A DNA stretch of 33,654 nt, taken from contig NC_068991.1 of NCBI RefSeq assembly GCF_001194135.2, positions 31,217,172 through 31,250,825 on the forward strand, given 5' to 3'. This DNA comes from Octopus bimaculoides. Its lineage: Eukaryota. The notes below the pieces were generated by a model. The model had not been told where the DNA came from. It worked only from the letters and a program-made list of their open reading frames with translations, and made no database searches. This document shows, piece by piece, positions 20,795 through 33,654 of this stretch (the first letter of the stretch is position 1; the number at the start of each line of letters is the position of its first letter). Made by a program: the position numbers and the translations under genes.

Positions 20795-21484
20795 TGCATG
20801 TATGCATGCATATACGTGCGTAAGTATGTCACAGTGTTCGGAGTTAAATCCCATGTTCATGTGCCAACCACAATCTTCGCCGCCGTTTACACTCAGTCAA
20901 TCAGTGTCAAATTCAGAAACATTCAATTTACACGCAAGAAGATTTTACACTTGATAACACCTTCAATGTTTCACTGATGACTCTGGTCAGTAGACCTCAG
21001 TGAAGAGCTCCCGAGGGGCCCGTGCTTGGAATGTGATACTCTGTCAGCGAGATGGGACTTCTTACTGAATCTTTCAGTGAAATTAGTAAAATAAATAAAC
21101 AAATACATAGATTATGCCAGACACTTCCTAATTGCTCATTTTACATGATTAAAAAATTTAAGCATAAAAAGAAAATTACATTTCAGTTACTTGTGATTGG
21201 ACATCGTCTTAACCAATTTAATCATTTCATCTCTCTTCTCTAAGACATTAAAAAAAAATACCATAAAAATGACGATTATTTTGATTTCTAATAGAATTCT
21301 ATCGGAGTTAATTTCTGACAAATAGAAGAAAGAAGAGTATATGGGGCAGAAGGCAGTTGAGAGAGAAATAGATAAAATGATGAAATATCCCTGTTTCTGA
21401 AAATCAGACTAACAGTCTCTATCTATCTATTTTACTTTCTACCGCCCTCTTTCTCTCTTACTTAACTATTTTCCCCTCCCTCTC

Positions 21485-21539
<55 letters not shown>

Positions 21540-22251
21540 NNNNNNNNNNNNNNNNNNNNNNNNNNNNNNNNNNNNNNNNNNNNNNNNNNNNNNNNNNNNN
21601 NNNNNNNNNNNNNNNNNNNNNNNNNNNNNNNNNNNNNNNNNNNNNNNNNNNNNNNNNNNNNNNNNNNNNNNNNNNNNNNNNNNNNNNNNNNNNNNNNNNN
21701 NNNNNNNNNNNNNNNNNNNNNNNNNNNNNNNNNNNNNNNNNNNNNNNNNNNNNNNNNNNNNNNNNNNNNNNNNNNNNNNNNNNNNNNNNNNNNNNNNNNN
21801 NNNNNNNNNNNNNNNNNNNNNNNNNNNNNNNNNNNNNNNNNNNNNNNNNNNNNNNNNNNNNNNNNNNNNNNNNNNNNNNNNNNNNNNNNNNNNNNNNNNN
21901 NNNNNNNNNNNNNNNNNNNNNNNNNNNNNNNNNNNNNNNNNNNNNNNNNNNNNNNNNNNNNNNNNNNNNNNNNNNNNNNNNNNNNNNNNNNNNNNNNNNN
22001 NNNNNNNNNNNNNNNNNNNNNNNNNNNNNNNNNNNNNNNNNNNNNNNNNNNNNNNNNNNNNNNNNNNNNNNNNNNNNNNNNNNNNNNNNNNNNNNNNNNN
22101 NNNNNNNNNNNNNNNNNNNNNNNNNNNNNNNNNNNNNNNNNNNNNNNNNNNNNNNNNNNNNNNNNNNNNNNNNNNNNNNNNNNNNNNNNNNNNNNNNNNN
22201 NNNNNNNNNNNNNNNNNNNNNNNNNNNNNNNNNNNNNNNNNNNNNNNNNNN

Positions 22252-22289
<38 letters not shown>

Positions 22290-22744
22290 TTACATAGATA
22301 GGGTGAGTGTGAGAGAGATTTAGTTAGGTAAATCGATAGATAGGCGAAAACGATACAATTTGCCACACACAGACGGAATGACAGAGGTTTGCATGCATGT
22401 TCATCTGCTGCAAGATAAATATCTCTGAGTAATGATATTTACATAGATCAAAAATGGAGAAAAACACTAAAAAATAACAGATAATGGTAACGAAACTCTT
22501 GTAGATGATATAAAGGAATTGGTTTAAGAAAGTCTCGCATAAATAACCTAAAATTACATGAAAGCAACAAAATCATATTAATAGAAAAGAATATATCGAA
22601 ATGAAAAAATAAATAAGAAAAATTGTGAAGAATAGATAAAATGACTGCGTATATATTTTATGGTTATATTCCGATAGACTTCTGAATAAACAAGAATATC
22701 TCTGTTAGAGCTGAAGAGTTTTGTCGTAGTTTATCTCATAGAAA

Positions 22745-22867
<123 letters not shown>

Positions 22868-23030
22868 CGTGTGTGTATGTATGTGTTTGTGTGTGCGTGT
22901 ATGTGAGTGCATCAGTAAGTAGGTGAAATGTTTGTAAATGTGTGCCTTTGTGTGTTTCCGGATGTATGTATGACTATGAAAAAGATAGCTTTACGTTAAG
23001 TCGTTATGTATTAATTTTCAATATTTTCAG

Positions 23031-23142
23031 TGACATATTACATGATGAAACGAGACTTGTGAGTTGGAAGTTTATGACACAATCAGACATGGGATACCCA
23101 AACTATCCACTGATCGAGTTGTCGTTAGCATTCAAGAGAAAA
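23031..23142 (+). other. Candidate exon (unverified; alternative donor after 23058)
   Basis: Acceptor ATTTTCAG at 23030; donors CTT|GTGAGT (23058) or AAA|GTACTT (23142); open frame DILHDETRLVSWKFMTQSDMGYPNYPLIELSLAFKRK. Confidence 0.2.
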
Positions 23143-23528
23143 GTACTTCAGCAAGACTAAGAAGACACACACACGCACGCACCAGAGCAAATAAACAAAT
23201 AAACATAAAGGTGATACATGAAGCGCAGTCTGCATGTCGGATATCATGTCTAGATGCGCAACAAAGCATGGTACCTATGCTAATCAAAGAAACTCGATCG
23301 AATGCTAGCGTGTACATTTATGTAAATGACTGCGCTAGAGTTTTACTTATGAATTTCACTTCTCTAGCTGACGACATCAGCAGACGACAGCAATGGCTGA
23401 ACGGAAATATTTGTCTATGTTTCAGCGCAAGGTTGTAAGTGTGAAAGGAAACAGAAATAAGAGTAGATGTAGTGTCGATCAAAAATAGATGGATTATATA
23501 TATACACACACACACATATTCATATATT

Positions 23529-23586
<58 letters not shown>

Positions 23587-23789
23587 ATGCTTATCTCTAC
23601 TTACAGGACGCGGTATTTCGTTGTCCAAATAACATCTTTATCATCAATAGCTGTTTTCTTTACAAAGATAGCACAGGTTTCTCCTCCACAATATTTCATT
23701 CTTCCCCTCACTACATATTTCACAAAAATGTTGCTTGTGTATGTACACTAAAAAAAGAAATACATACGGTAATAAGCTATATATATATA

Positions 23790-23985
23790 TATTCTGTTAC
23801 TTGTCTCAGTCATTTGGCTGCGGCCATGCTGGTGCACCGCCTTCAGTCGAACAAATCGACTTCAGGACTTATTCTTTGTAAGCCTAGTACTTATTCTGTC
23901 GGTCTTATTTGCCGAACCGCTAAGTTACAGGAATGTAAACACACCAAGATCGGTTGGCAGGTGATAGAGTGGGACAGACACAGAC
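23790..23985 (-). mobile_element. SINE family A, 3' half (rest probably in gap)
   Basis: CAGTCATTTGGCTGCGGCCATGCTGG..CTTATTCTTTGTAAGCCTAGTAC..GCCGAACCGCTAAGTTAC. Confidence 0.9.
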
Positions 23986-24026
23986 ACAGACACAGACACA
24001 GACACAAACATATATATATACATATG

Positions 24027-24062
<36 letters not shown>

Positions 24063-24313
24063 NNNNNNNNNNNNNNNNNNNNNNNNNNNNNNNNNNNNNN
24101 NNNNNNNNNNNNNNNNNNNNNNNNNNNNNNNNNNNNNNNNNNNNNNNNNNNNNNNNNNNNNNNNNNNNNNNNNNNNNNNNNNNNNNNNNNNNNNNNNNNN
24201 NNNNNNNNNNNNNNNNNNNNNNNNNNNNNNNNNNNNNNNNNNNNNNNNNNNNNNNNNNNNNNNNNNNNNNNNNNNNNNNNNNNNNNNNNNNNNNNNNNNN
24301 NNNNNNNNNNNNN

Positions 24314-24370
<57 letters not shown>

Positions 24371-25278
24371 GCACACACACACACACCACAAAAACACACA
24401 CACACCTTCAGTCATTGAACTGTAGCCATGCTACAGTATACATTCTAAGGGTTTCAGTCGGTCAGATAAATTTACAGTACATTGTTCAACCTAGTTTGTT
24501 GGGTACGAGAGGTGCAACCCGACACACCGATTTATACCGTTATTAGTAAACATATGTATACCTACACAAACATATATATAGGATAGTGTATGTGTTTCTG
24601 TGTGTATATTATATATCTTTGTGTGTGTGTTTATGTATGTATGTATGTATGTATGTATGTATGCATGTATGTATGTAAAAATAAAACGAGTGAGAGAAAT
24701 GACTCTGAGTGGCTCATAGTGTGTTTCTGAAGTCCAAAGATAAATGAATATATATCAAATATCATACCAGATTAACTTTTGATTTATAGAAATTATTTCT
24801 GCTTCCAGACAGAGTAGGCCAATCTTTTGATAGCAATTGCTACCAACTCCAAATGAGAAGAGGAGATAACTCTTTTGTTCTTTGTTGTTGAAACACCCGT
24901 CACTGAACGCTCTAAGTTATTTCTTTTAATTCATTTTCATTTCATTTATGCAAATTACTAAGGCCATAAATATGTTCGCTTTGATGTATATGTTTAAATT
25001 TCCCGTCTGAGATACATAGACATATACATAAGAGAGAACAGGAGATAAGGTAGGACTAATGCAGTGCTCATGACGTCAATCGAGACAGAAAAGCTAAGCC
25101 TGTTACTTCCATAATGCCATGGCAATTTGGAAAAAATTCATTCTCTTTCTCATTTGGTGTTGATTATATTGCCCGAAGTGATTGGTCTATCCCCTCCGGA
25201 AACGAAGATAATTTCAATAAATTAGGAATTTATGTTGTATGTTATTTAATATACCATCATACATCATATATATATATA

Positions 25279-25333
<55 letters not shown>

Positions 25334-25413
25334 ATATATATTATATATTATATATATACACACATACACATATGTATATGTGTGTGTGTATTTGTGTGTG
25401 AGTGTGTGTTTGT

Positions 25414-25485
<72 letters not shown>

Positions 25486-26079
25486 AAAAGACAGAAACAT
25501 TGACTTTGATTGAAAGTGGACCATTATCTGTTACGCACCATCGTACAATACTGCTAATCTTAAACGGGCAAATGTATTATATGATTACTTTTAAATTAGT
25601 AATATTAAAGTGTAAAAGTATTTTAATATTGAAATGTTCTCATAAATATAGAAGAACATTTACATATTGCAATACTAAATGTCCCATTAATTATGCATAA
25701 TTTTTCTAAAAATATTTTTAGCATATTTAATAGATAAATAACTTATTGCCCTGGCAGTATGTTTATTTTTCATTTTTTTTGTTATCAATTGACGTCATCA
25801 AAATGAAATACTAAACTGACTTGTCTTAGAATATTATATTTCATCTTAACGTTCTTTTTGAATGCGTTCAACTATTAGAGATATTTTCTTAGTCCATTAG
25901 TCCACTTTGAATTTAACCCATTTTGATAACGTTGAGTTATTGCATATTTTCGGATATACAGTATAAATTTTCTGTATCTAAATATGCTAGCACAATAAAA
26001 ACGATCGTCAGTAATGTATGGTGTAATCACAAATTAAAGAAGTTATTTTCTCCATTCTTATTCTTGTTATGTGTGTGTG

Positions 26080-26160
<81 letters not shown>

Positions 26161-26162
<2 letters not shown>

Positions 26163-26465
26163 GCGCAGGCGTGGCACCTTGGGCAGCTGTCTTCTACTAT
26201 AGCCTCGGGCCGACCAAAGCCTTGTGAGTGGATTTGGTAGGTGTATGTGTGTGTGAGTGTTTTTGTGTCTGTGTTTGACCGTCACCATCGCTTGACAACG
26301 GATGCTGGAGCGTTTATGGCCCCGTAATTTAGCGGTTCGGCAAAAGAGGGCGATAGAGTAAGATTAGGTTTACACAGAATAAGTCCTGGAGTCGATGTGT
26401 TCAACTTAAGGCGGTGCTCCAGCATGGCCGCAGTCAAATGACTGAAACAAATACAAGAATAAAAT
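26161..26465 (+). mobile_element. SINE family A lacking its Pol III boxes
   Basis: GCAGGCGTGGC joins directly to ACCTTGGGC; body and tail (CAAATGACTGAAACAAATACAAGAATAAAA) are intact. Confidence 0.9.
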
Positions 26466-26984
26466 TTTATATATATATACATACTTTTTTTTATTAAAGC
26501 TGAAAGAACATCACAAAGAATAAAACTGCTACTCAGAGTTTNNNNNNNNNNNNNNNNNNNNNNNNNNNNNNNNNNNNNNNNNNNNNNNNNNNNNNNNNNN
26601 NNNNNNNNNNNNNNNNNNNNNNNNNNNNNNNNNNNNNNNNNNNNNNNNNNNNNNNNNNNNNNNNNNNNNNNNNNNNNNNNNNNNNNNNNNNNNNNNNNNN
26701 NNNNNNNNNNNNNNNNNNNNNNNNNNNNNNNNNNNNNNNNNNNNNNNNNNNNNNNNNNNNNNNNNNNNNNNNNNNNNNNNNNNNNNNNNNNNNNNNNNNN
26801 NNNNNNNNNNNNNNNNNNNNNNNNNNNNNNNNNNNNNNNNNNNNNNNNNNNNNNNNNNNNNNNNNNNNNNNNNNNNNNNNNNNNNNNNNNNNNNNNNTTT
26901 TAGTAAAAAAAAAGCGTATATTACTCTACCTCCGGTATTCGAGTATTATTTTTTCCACCTTGTTTTGCACATATGTTCTTACTC

Positions 26985-27034
<50 letters not shown>

Positions 27035-27716
27035 GTGTGTGTAAGATACAAGGATCGACATGTAGGAAGAAAATGAACTTCAAGCAATCCGTAGAAAATA
27101 TTTTTAAAAAAACAACTTATAGGAACAATAGTGGATTGTCTTTTTCCATATCGAAGTACGATAAGCTGAGCAAAAATTATTTCATATTTCATGGTACGCA
27201 GCCACGGTTGCCACGTATGCCAATAAAAATCCAAGAGTTAAAGAATGGATCAGAATCACGCATTCCCATCGAATCCTCCGAGTGTTGACATGGGCCAGCT
27301 AACGACAATATAAACTTAACTTAATCAAAATACTCTTGGCCTGAAGAGTAGCTTACGCTATACGCCTAGCTTGGATACTTAGCACTTCCGAGATTCCGCT
27401 CGCTAGGAAACATATATAGACCGGATTTTATCTACTCCATTCCTTAAATTTTGTGTGTGTGTGTGTATTTGTGTGTGTGTNNNNNNNNNNNNNNNNNNNN
27501 NNNNNNNNNNNNNNNNGTGTGTGCGCGCGCGCTTGTATTAACCATAAAAATCAGGAGGCGTAAGAGATGAATATACTTACTCAACCACTTATCATCATTA
27601 GGGTTACAGCCGTTTTGCAGCATTCATGATGTAATAATAATGTCAGTGTGTAATAAATTATTTTACTTAGCTGCACTAATATGCCTGTTACAATTTTATA
27701 TTTACAAACCAGTGCA

Positions 27717-27754
27717 GACAGAAAGGAGTTTAAAGCTTTAAACTCCTTTCTGTC
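27717..27754. repeat. Perfect 38-bp palindrome, no spacer
   Basis: GACAGAAAGGAGTTTAAAG|CTTTAAACTCCTTTCTGTC. Confidence 0.97.
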
Positions 27755-28145
27755 ATGACCTCAACTGTAAAACCTCTTCCCTGAAGACGGAGATTGATCT
27801 TATCCGATGATGGAATCAATTTACAATCATTTTGGACCTCCAAACCCTAGAAACAGCTGTTGGAGTCGTAAGACTCTTATTCGACCCCTTTAATTCTTGA
27901 CATCATTTCTATTCTGTGTAAATCGGACCTTTTTATCTGTAAACATATGTGCATTTTTTGTATTAAATGCACTTAATATCTTTTGTATATCGACCCGCAT
28001 AACTTGCTTATCCTTACATTTACTTCACTACCTGCTCCAAGTTTAAACTTCTTGAGCACTACGAAGTGTATTCTATACGGAAAATATATTTCTCTCAACT
28101 ATACACACACACACTCTCTCTCAACTATACACACACACACACACA

Positions 28146-28209
<64 letters not shown>

Positions 28210-28350
28210 ATATATATATATATATATATACACGCACGCACACACACACACACACATATATATATATAATCCAAAAGAAAAACGATGAAAAAAGACAAGA
28301 AAATACAACAACGCGAGGACGTGGTACATGCGAAGTATTAGCAAACGCTC

Positions 28351-28480
28351 AGGTAGTTTTACGTTTCGAGTAAAGCTTTTCTTCAGAAGCAGGAGACAGA
28401 GGAAAGTGCATGAGAAAAGGAAGACGGAGGCAAAGAAATCACCAACGATCCACATGTGGTTATATTTGGAAATAACGGGA
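28351..28480 (-). mobile_element. Non-coding PLE-terminal-repeat-like remnant with minimal HHR motif
   Basis: Minus strand: pyrimidine tract, then GCTT-CTGAAGA-AAAGCTTTACTC-GAAACGT-A-AAAC. Core nucleotides intact; stem II eroded. Confidence 0.55.
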
Positions 28481-29705
28481 AGGGAATGGGTGAAAAAAAA
28501 GTCCTTTCTAAAACAGGAGAGTGTTATAGAAGGAGGCATCTGTGTGTATGTGCGTGCGCACAAGTGTGTGTATAATAGCATGTGTGTGTGTGTTGTCTGT
28601 GTGTGGTGTTGGCTATGTATATGTGTATGTGTGAGTGAACTTTGTGTCTTTAATGTTGTAGGAAGATTTCAGTAGCATGGTAACAGCAGCGATAGTTTTT
28701 TGTGTAGTTGTGTGTTTCTTCATATGTGCCTAGAGGAATGGTCAGTAGAAAGATGTTTGACTGGCAATTTGAAGTATGTGTATATGTGTGTATGTGTGTG
28801 TATGTAAATGTTGTGTGTGTGTGTGTGTGTGTATTTTCTCACGCCTGATTTTATGTGGTAAATGTCAGCTTAATACCTACTTTGTCTATGTCGAGTAGTG
28901 ATAAGTACTCTCCATGCGCAATGCTACATATTCTTGCAACACATTTAGAACCACAAAACTATATGCAAATTAAAACTTGATTCATATAAAGAATGATTCG
29001 GATTGACCTCACAAATAAGTTCTACATATCTCATATATCTCGATTATTTCTGAATTAGTTACCAGTAGTTGTATGCAATATCTGAAACTCAGATATATCT
29101 TTTCAAAAATATACTTTAACCTAATATTCTAATATTCTAATAAAGTTCTAATATTCTCAGTTCGAATCTCAAACCTAGGATCAGTATAGGGTCAACCGTA
29201 TCAGTTTCCAAATCTTCCTCTCGAATTCTTTGCTTTCCAAAACTATAAGTCACCTGCTAAATATAATGCTAGCTAAAGCTACGTACAATTAGTTTGCTTT
29301 AGATCACGTCAGTGAATGAACCTTGAATAAAGTTGCGTAGACTAATAAAATAATCTGTCGAAAATAACTGGATGTACATGAAATTGTAAGATTACTAAGC
29401 AACAGAAACATGCGTCGGACACATTATAAATCAAATATGCTGTAAAATTGGCTGTAGAAAAAAATTAGGCAGATGTCCTCATCTTCGTATTCATTCTGGT
29501 TGTTTTGAATATACACTCGGTAAATTATTTATAATCCAGCGAAGCGAACCCAGAATTTACCCATTGGATGAAATATATTGGGATTGTTTACCTAAATTTA
29601 TCCTAGGTGTTCCTTAAAATTTGATGTGTTTAGCCATAACTTGGATATTATAACTGAGTGCTCATACGGTACCTACCAGGATATTTTATCACTATCTAGT
29701 CATTA

Positions 29706-29756
<51 letters not shown>

Positions 29757-29911
29757 GCGTGCGTGCGTGTGTGTGTTTGTGTGTGTGTATGTGTATGCGT
29801 GTGCGAGTGTGCGTATGTGTGTACATATACACACATTTATACACACAAACACGTGTACAAACATACACACACATAAGTACACACATACACACGCACACAC
29901 ACACACATATA

Positions 29912-30122
29912 TGAAGGGGTGCTGAAAAATTCCTGGCTTTGGGCAAAAATTACAAGAGGATCAGTTAATTAAGATTTTATGCAACATATTCCCATCTCAG
30001 ATACACACAAATACAGCGGTCCTTCAGTTTTTCTAAGCCCTATCAAAGAACTCGGAAGGCTGGGCCTCCAACCAGGCCTTTCGTGACACCCTTAAAGCCA
30101 GGAACTTTTCAGCACCCCTTTG
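29912..30122. mobile_element. Mariner-type MITE, 211 bp, 29-bp TIRs, TA TSD
   Basis: Left TIR TGAAGGGGTGCTGAAAAATTCCTGGCTTT (29912-29940); right TIR at 30094-30122, 3 mismatches; TA at 29910-29911 and 30123-30124. Confidence 0.9.
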
Positions 30123-31038
30123 TATGTATATGTATATATATATATATATATATATAAATATATATATATATGCATCTGTACGTGTAAATGTTAGTATCGT
30201 TATCATTGGTATTCTTCCTTTTGATGTTAATGATGATGATGATGAGAAGGAAGAATTTCTTCTTTGAATACCACCACCCATCCAGCATTTGTTAAACTGT
30301 TGTTTCTTTTGTTGTTCTTGTTGTTACAGTTGTTGTTCCATAGTGGTTATTGTGGTAGTTTGGGTTGTAGTAGTAGTTGTTGTTGTTGGTTTTAACTGAG
30401 ATATTTATTTACTTAGCCTTTCAGGAAATTAAAAGTGAAAAATATAAATAAATGTGAAAGAAACAAATTTCCAAAAGCAACCACCACAAACACAAACAAC
30501 AACGACAGCATTAAGACTACAAAGCTATCGTTTACCTAAGNNNNNNNNNNNNNNNNNNNNNNNNNNNNNNNNNNNNNNNNNNNNNNNNNNNNNNNNNNNN
30601 NNNNNNNNNNNNNNNNNNNNNNNNNNNNNNNNNNNNNNNNNNNNNNNNNNNNNNNNNNNNNNNNNNNNNNNNNNNNNNNNNNNNNNNNNNNNNNNNNNNN
30701 NNNNNNNNNNNNNNNNNNNNNNNNNNNNNNNNNNNNNNNNNNNNNNNNNNNNNNNNNNNNNNNNNNNNNNNNNNNNNNNNNNNNNNNNNNNNNNNNNNNN
30801 NNNNNNNNNNNNNNNNNNNNNNNNNNNNNNNNNNNNNNNNNNNNNNNNNNNNNNNNNNNNNNNNNNNNNNNNNNNNNNNNNNNNNNNNNNNNNNNNNNNN
30901 NNNNNNNNNNNNNNNNNNNNNNNNNNNNNNNNNNNNNNNNNNNNNNNNNNNNNNNNNNNNNNNNNNNNNNNNNNNNNNNNNNNNNNNNNNNNNNNNNNNN
31001 NNNNNNNNNNNNNNNNNNNNNNNNNNNNNNNNNNNNNN

Positions 31039-31087
<49 letters not shown>

Positions 31088-31435
31088 TTCTTGTATATAT
31101 AACTAGACAGGCAAACAGACAAACAGAAAGATAGATAGATAGATAGATATGTACGTACGTATCTACAACTGGATATCTATCAAGTAGACGTGGTATCTAT
31201 TTTACGAATCTATTCATCTCTCTCTGTCTCTTCCTTTCACCCGTTCTCTTTCCGTACCCGTAATCACATCAAACACCACAAACCTCTACCTACCCTAATC
31301 ACCACCACACTTCAATAACCTAACATTATACACCCCGAATCCTCTAAAACGTCTATCCTCTCCAACACAGTAACAACAACAACAAAACAACAACCACATA
31401 TAATAAATTCCCTTCTCTGGCCGACGCTTCTCAGT

Positions 31436-31586
31436 AATCACCCTCCTTAACATCATAAATAACGTTAGGCACATTATATAATGTAGTCTTAGATATATCA
31501 TGTCTCATAAGACAGGATGGTCATGGCTGCAAGTCCTTTGAATGCCTGTCATCTGGATCAAGAAAGACCTGGAGCTAAACAACAAC
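31436..31586 (+). mobile_element. SINE-like family C 3' region, copy 1
   Basis: ATAATGTAGTC..GGATGGTCATGGCTG..CCTTTGA..GACCTGGAGCTAAACAACAAC. Confidence 0.6.
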
Positions 31587-31887
31587 TTAGTCCACCCACC
31601 TCCAACAAAAACACATCTATGTTCCACCGTAATAAGGAAATAGACACCCTGTCACTTATTCGCCCCTCCCCCATCACTACTATATATACACTTATAAGCT
31701 AATCCCCTACAAATCTGTCCTAAACCCGGGACAATCACCAACACTGACCTCCACTTGACTGGCGATACCATCATTACCACCAGACCATCAACGCCACCAC
31801 TACCATTATCACCTCCACCATCAACATTACCAACACTAACAACAATCCTACAACCCGAAACAAAGAAAGCGGTCGTTTATGTGGTGA

Positions 31888-32040
31888 CTAGAAATAGCAG
31901 TCAAATCACTATCTGTATACAACATATAGCCTTAAAAATAGGACACAATGGATTTGGAGCAAAACAATTGGATGAACATGGCTGACATCTTTTGATTGTA
32001 AACCTACTCATTCAGGGTCGACTTAGGGTTAAACAACAAT
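31888..32040 (+). mobile_element. SINE-like family C 3' region, copy 2
   Basis: CTAGAAATAGCAG..CATGGCTG..CTTTTGA..GACTTAGGGTTAAACAACAAT. Confidence 0.6.
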
Positions 32041-32160
32041 CATGTTATCCACATTCATTATATATACCACCCTCAATGACCTACCCAATCTATCCCATTA
32101 ATTACCCAATTTGCTGTTCTCCATCAGTGAGACGAGGGTACTTCTGAATGGTTACAATAT

Positions 32161-32340
32161 CTGCTAGAAATAGCAGCCATATCAACGTCAAATGTACCTT
32201 TAACTGTAATATGATAAAAGACATTGGATAATGTGTCCCTGGGTTCACCGCATATAGGAAGAAAGTGCAGAGGTCATGGCTGAAATTCCTTTGATCAAAA
32301 GTCAGCTCAATTAGTGTTGTCCTTGGCCTAAACAACTACT
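32161..32340 (+). mobile_element. SINE-like family C 3' region, copy 3
   Basis: CTAGAAATAGCAGCC..GACATTGGATAATG..GGTCATGGCTG..CCTTTGATCA..CCTTGGCCTAAACAAC. Confidence 0.6.
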
Positions 32341-32359
32341 GTTTATTGAGTGACTTATC

Positions 32360-33110
32360 CTCACGCAACCATCCCGCCGCCTGCACTACAACAACCACCT
32401 GCACACAAATACTGATTGCTCCATCATCACCGTCCTTCCCCCTCCTACTGGTTCTCCACACACTCCCTTTCCCCTGCTTATCGGGCCATCATCATCACCA
32501 CTGCCATCACAAACACGATCAGGACCACTGCCGACACCACCACCAACAACAACAACGACATTATCACCATCATCATCATCATAACTATTATCACACCACA
32601 GCCACCATCATCATCATTATCATCTCCGCCAATACCAACTCCATCGCTATTAACAGGACCACCTCCGCTCTATTACAGCCACCATCACCGCCTGCACCAC
32701 CATCACTATCATCACAATACGAACTATAATTTTCACCATCACTGCTCACACCATCGCCTTCAGCACCAACACCACCACGACCACCACCACGAACGTCATC
32801 ACAACCTACATCAGCTTCACCAGCTCTACCATCCACACCACTACCCACTACCTGCATGACTATCATAGCCACCATCGGCACCATCATCATCATCACCACC
32901 AATACTACCATCACTATAATTTTAATCTTTACCATCGGCACCACCAACGCCCTCACCATCATTTTCACTACCAACATCACTACTACCACCATCATCAACG
33001 TCATCACCGTTACTATCACAAGCAACATCACCTTCACCACCACCAACAGCAGTACACTCCTCCACCTCCATTACTACCTCAATGTTCACCACCAACACCA
33101 ACACCACTAG
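32360..33110. repeat. About 750-bp degenerate CAC/CAT/ACC trinucleotide low-complexity region
   Basis: Direct reading; yields poly-H/T/I and poly-V/M pseudo-ORFs. Confidence 0.9.
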
Positions 33111-33654
33111 TAACAAAAAGCTTTTATTTTCTTCAACCTCCTACCATCTTTGCATCTTCAGCATCACCCTCACCGCTTCTAATAACACCTCCACCACCTT
33201 ACTATATGCCGAGGCCGGGTTTATGGCAGTGTGACGTATCATTTTACTTGGCCTGCTAGTTAAGACAAGCGTATGTTTACCCAACTTCAAACTGGCCGCC
33301 CATTTTGTGGTGGTGGTCGTGGTGATAGCGTTGGTTAAAAACGGAGATAAAATGGTGGTGATGTTGGTTGTAGTGATGGTTGTGTAGAGGTAAAGACAAC
33401 AAGGCAGCTCAATAAAGTAAAAGCTTCACCTGTTACAAGGCATGCGTAACAAGAAGGACAAATTTAACCACTCAAGATAATTTTCATAGTCACTCTCCCC
33501 TTCTCAACTTCCACACCTCTCTCTCTCTCTTCATCCTTCTTTTCATCTTTACCCTCTCTCCATTCCGCCATAATTTTGCTCCATTCCAACCTCCATCTAA
33601 GTCAACCCAGCCGTCCAACAATTTCAGCATCCACCAAGCAATCACTCCCCCCCC

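Noticed and set aside
20970-21010. CTGATGA followed by a weak hairpin; likewise CTGATGA on the minus strand near 20090
   Set aside because: No GAAA at the required position, and the 20090 motif is not conserved in the other arm.
27341-27370. HHR-like CTGAAGA-GTAGC-TTAC-GCTAT
   Set aside because: GAAA is missing and no stem I pairing; at most a ghost.
32346-33116. His/Thr-rich and Val/Met-rich ORFs on both strands (also 16506-16904)
   Set aside because: Degenerate CAC/CAT repeats are stop-poor in several frames; no splice signals or domain.

Overview
AT-rich, microsatellite-dense animal non-coding DNA from a gapped short-read assembly; the N-runs nearly all abut (TA)n, (GA)n or (GT)n tracts. 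The repeat families look like those of an octopod cephalopod such as Octopus (inference from recalled repeat sequences, not a search). There is no intact host gene: long ORFs in the track are microsatellite or N-run artefacts, and only three weak candidate exons were seen. The window is a retroelement graveyard. It holds three R4/Dong-type RLE LINE relics, at least four distinct Penelope-like element (PLE) coding relics, about 15 tRNA-derived SINE copies from 3-4 families, a truncated maT-like mariner and two MITEs. The most notable signal is the PLE and hammerhead-ribozyme (HHR) layer, with six minimal type-I HHR motifs. Two independent PLEs sit in head-to-head inverted geometry, one with an HHR in each arm. 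One PLE terminus carries a tRNA-type Pol III promoter directly upstream of its HHR. All alignments, translations and folds were done by eye.
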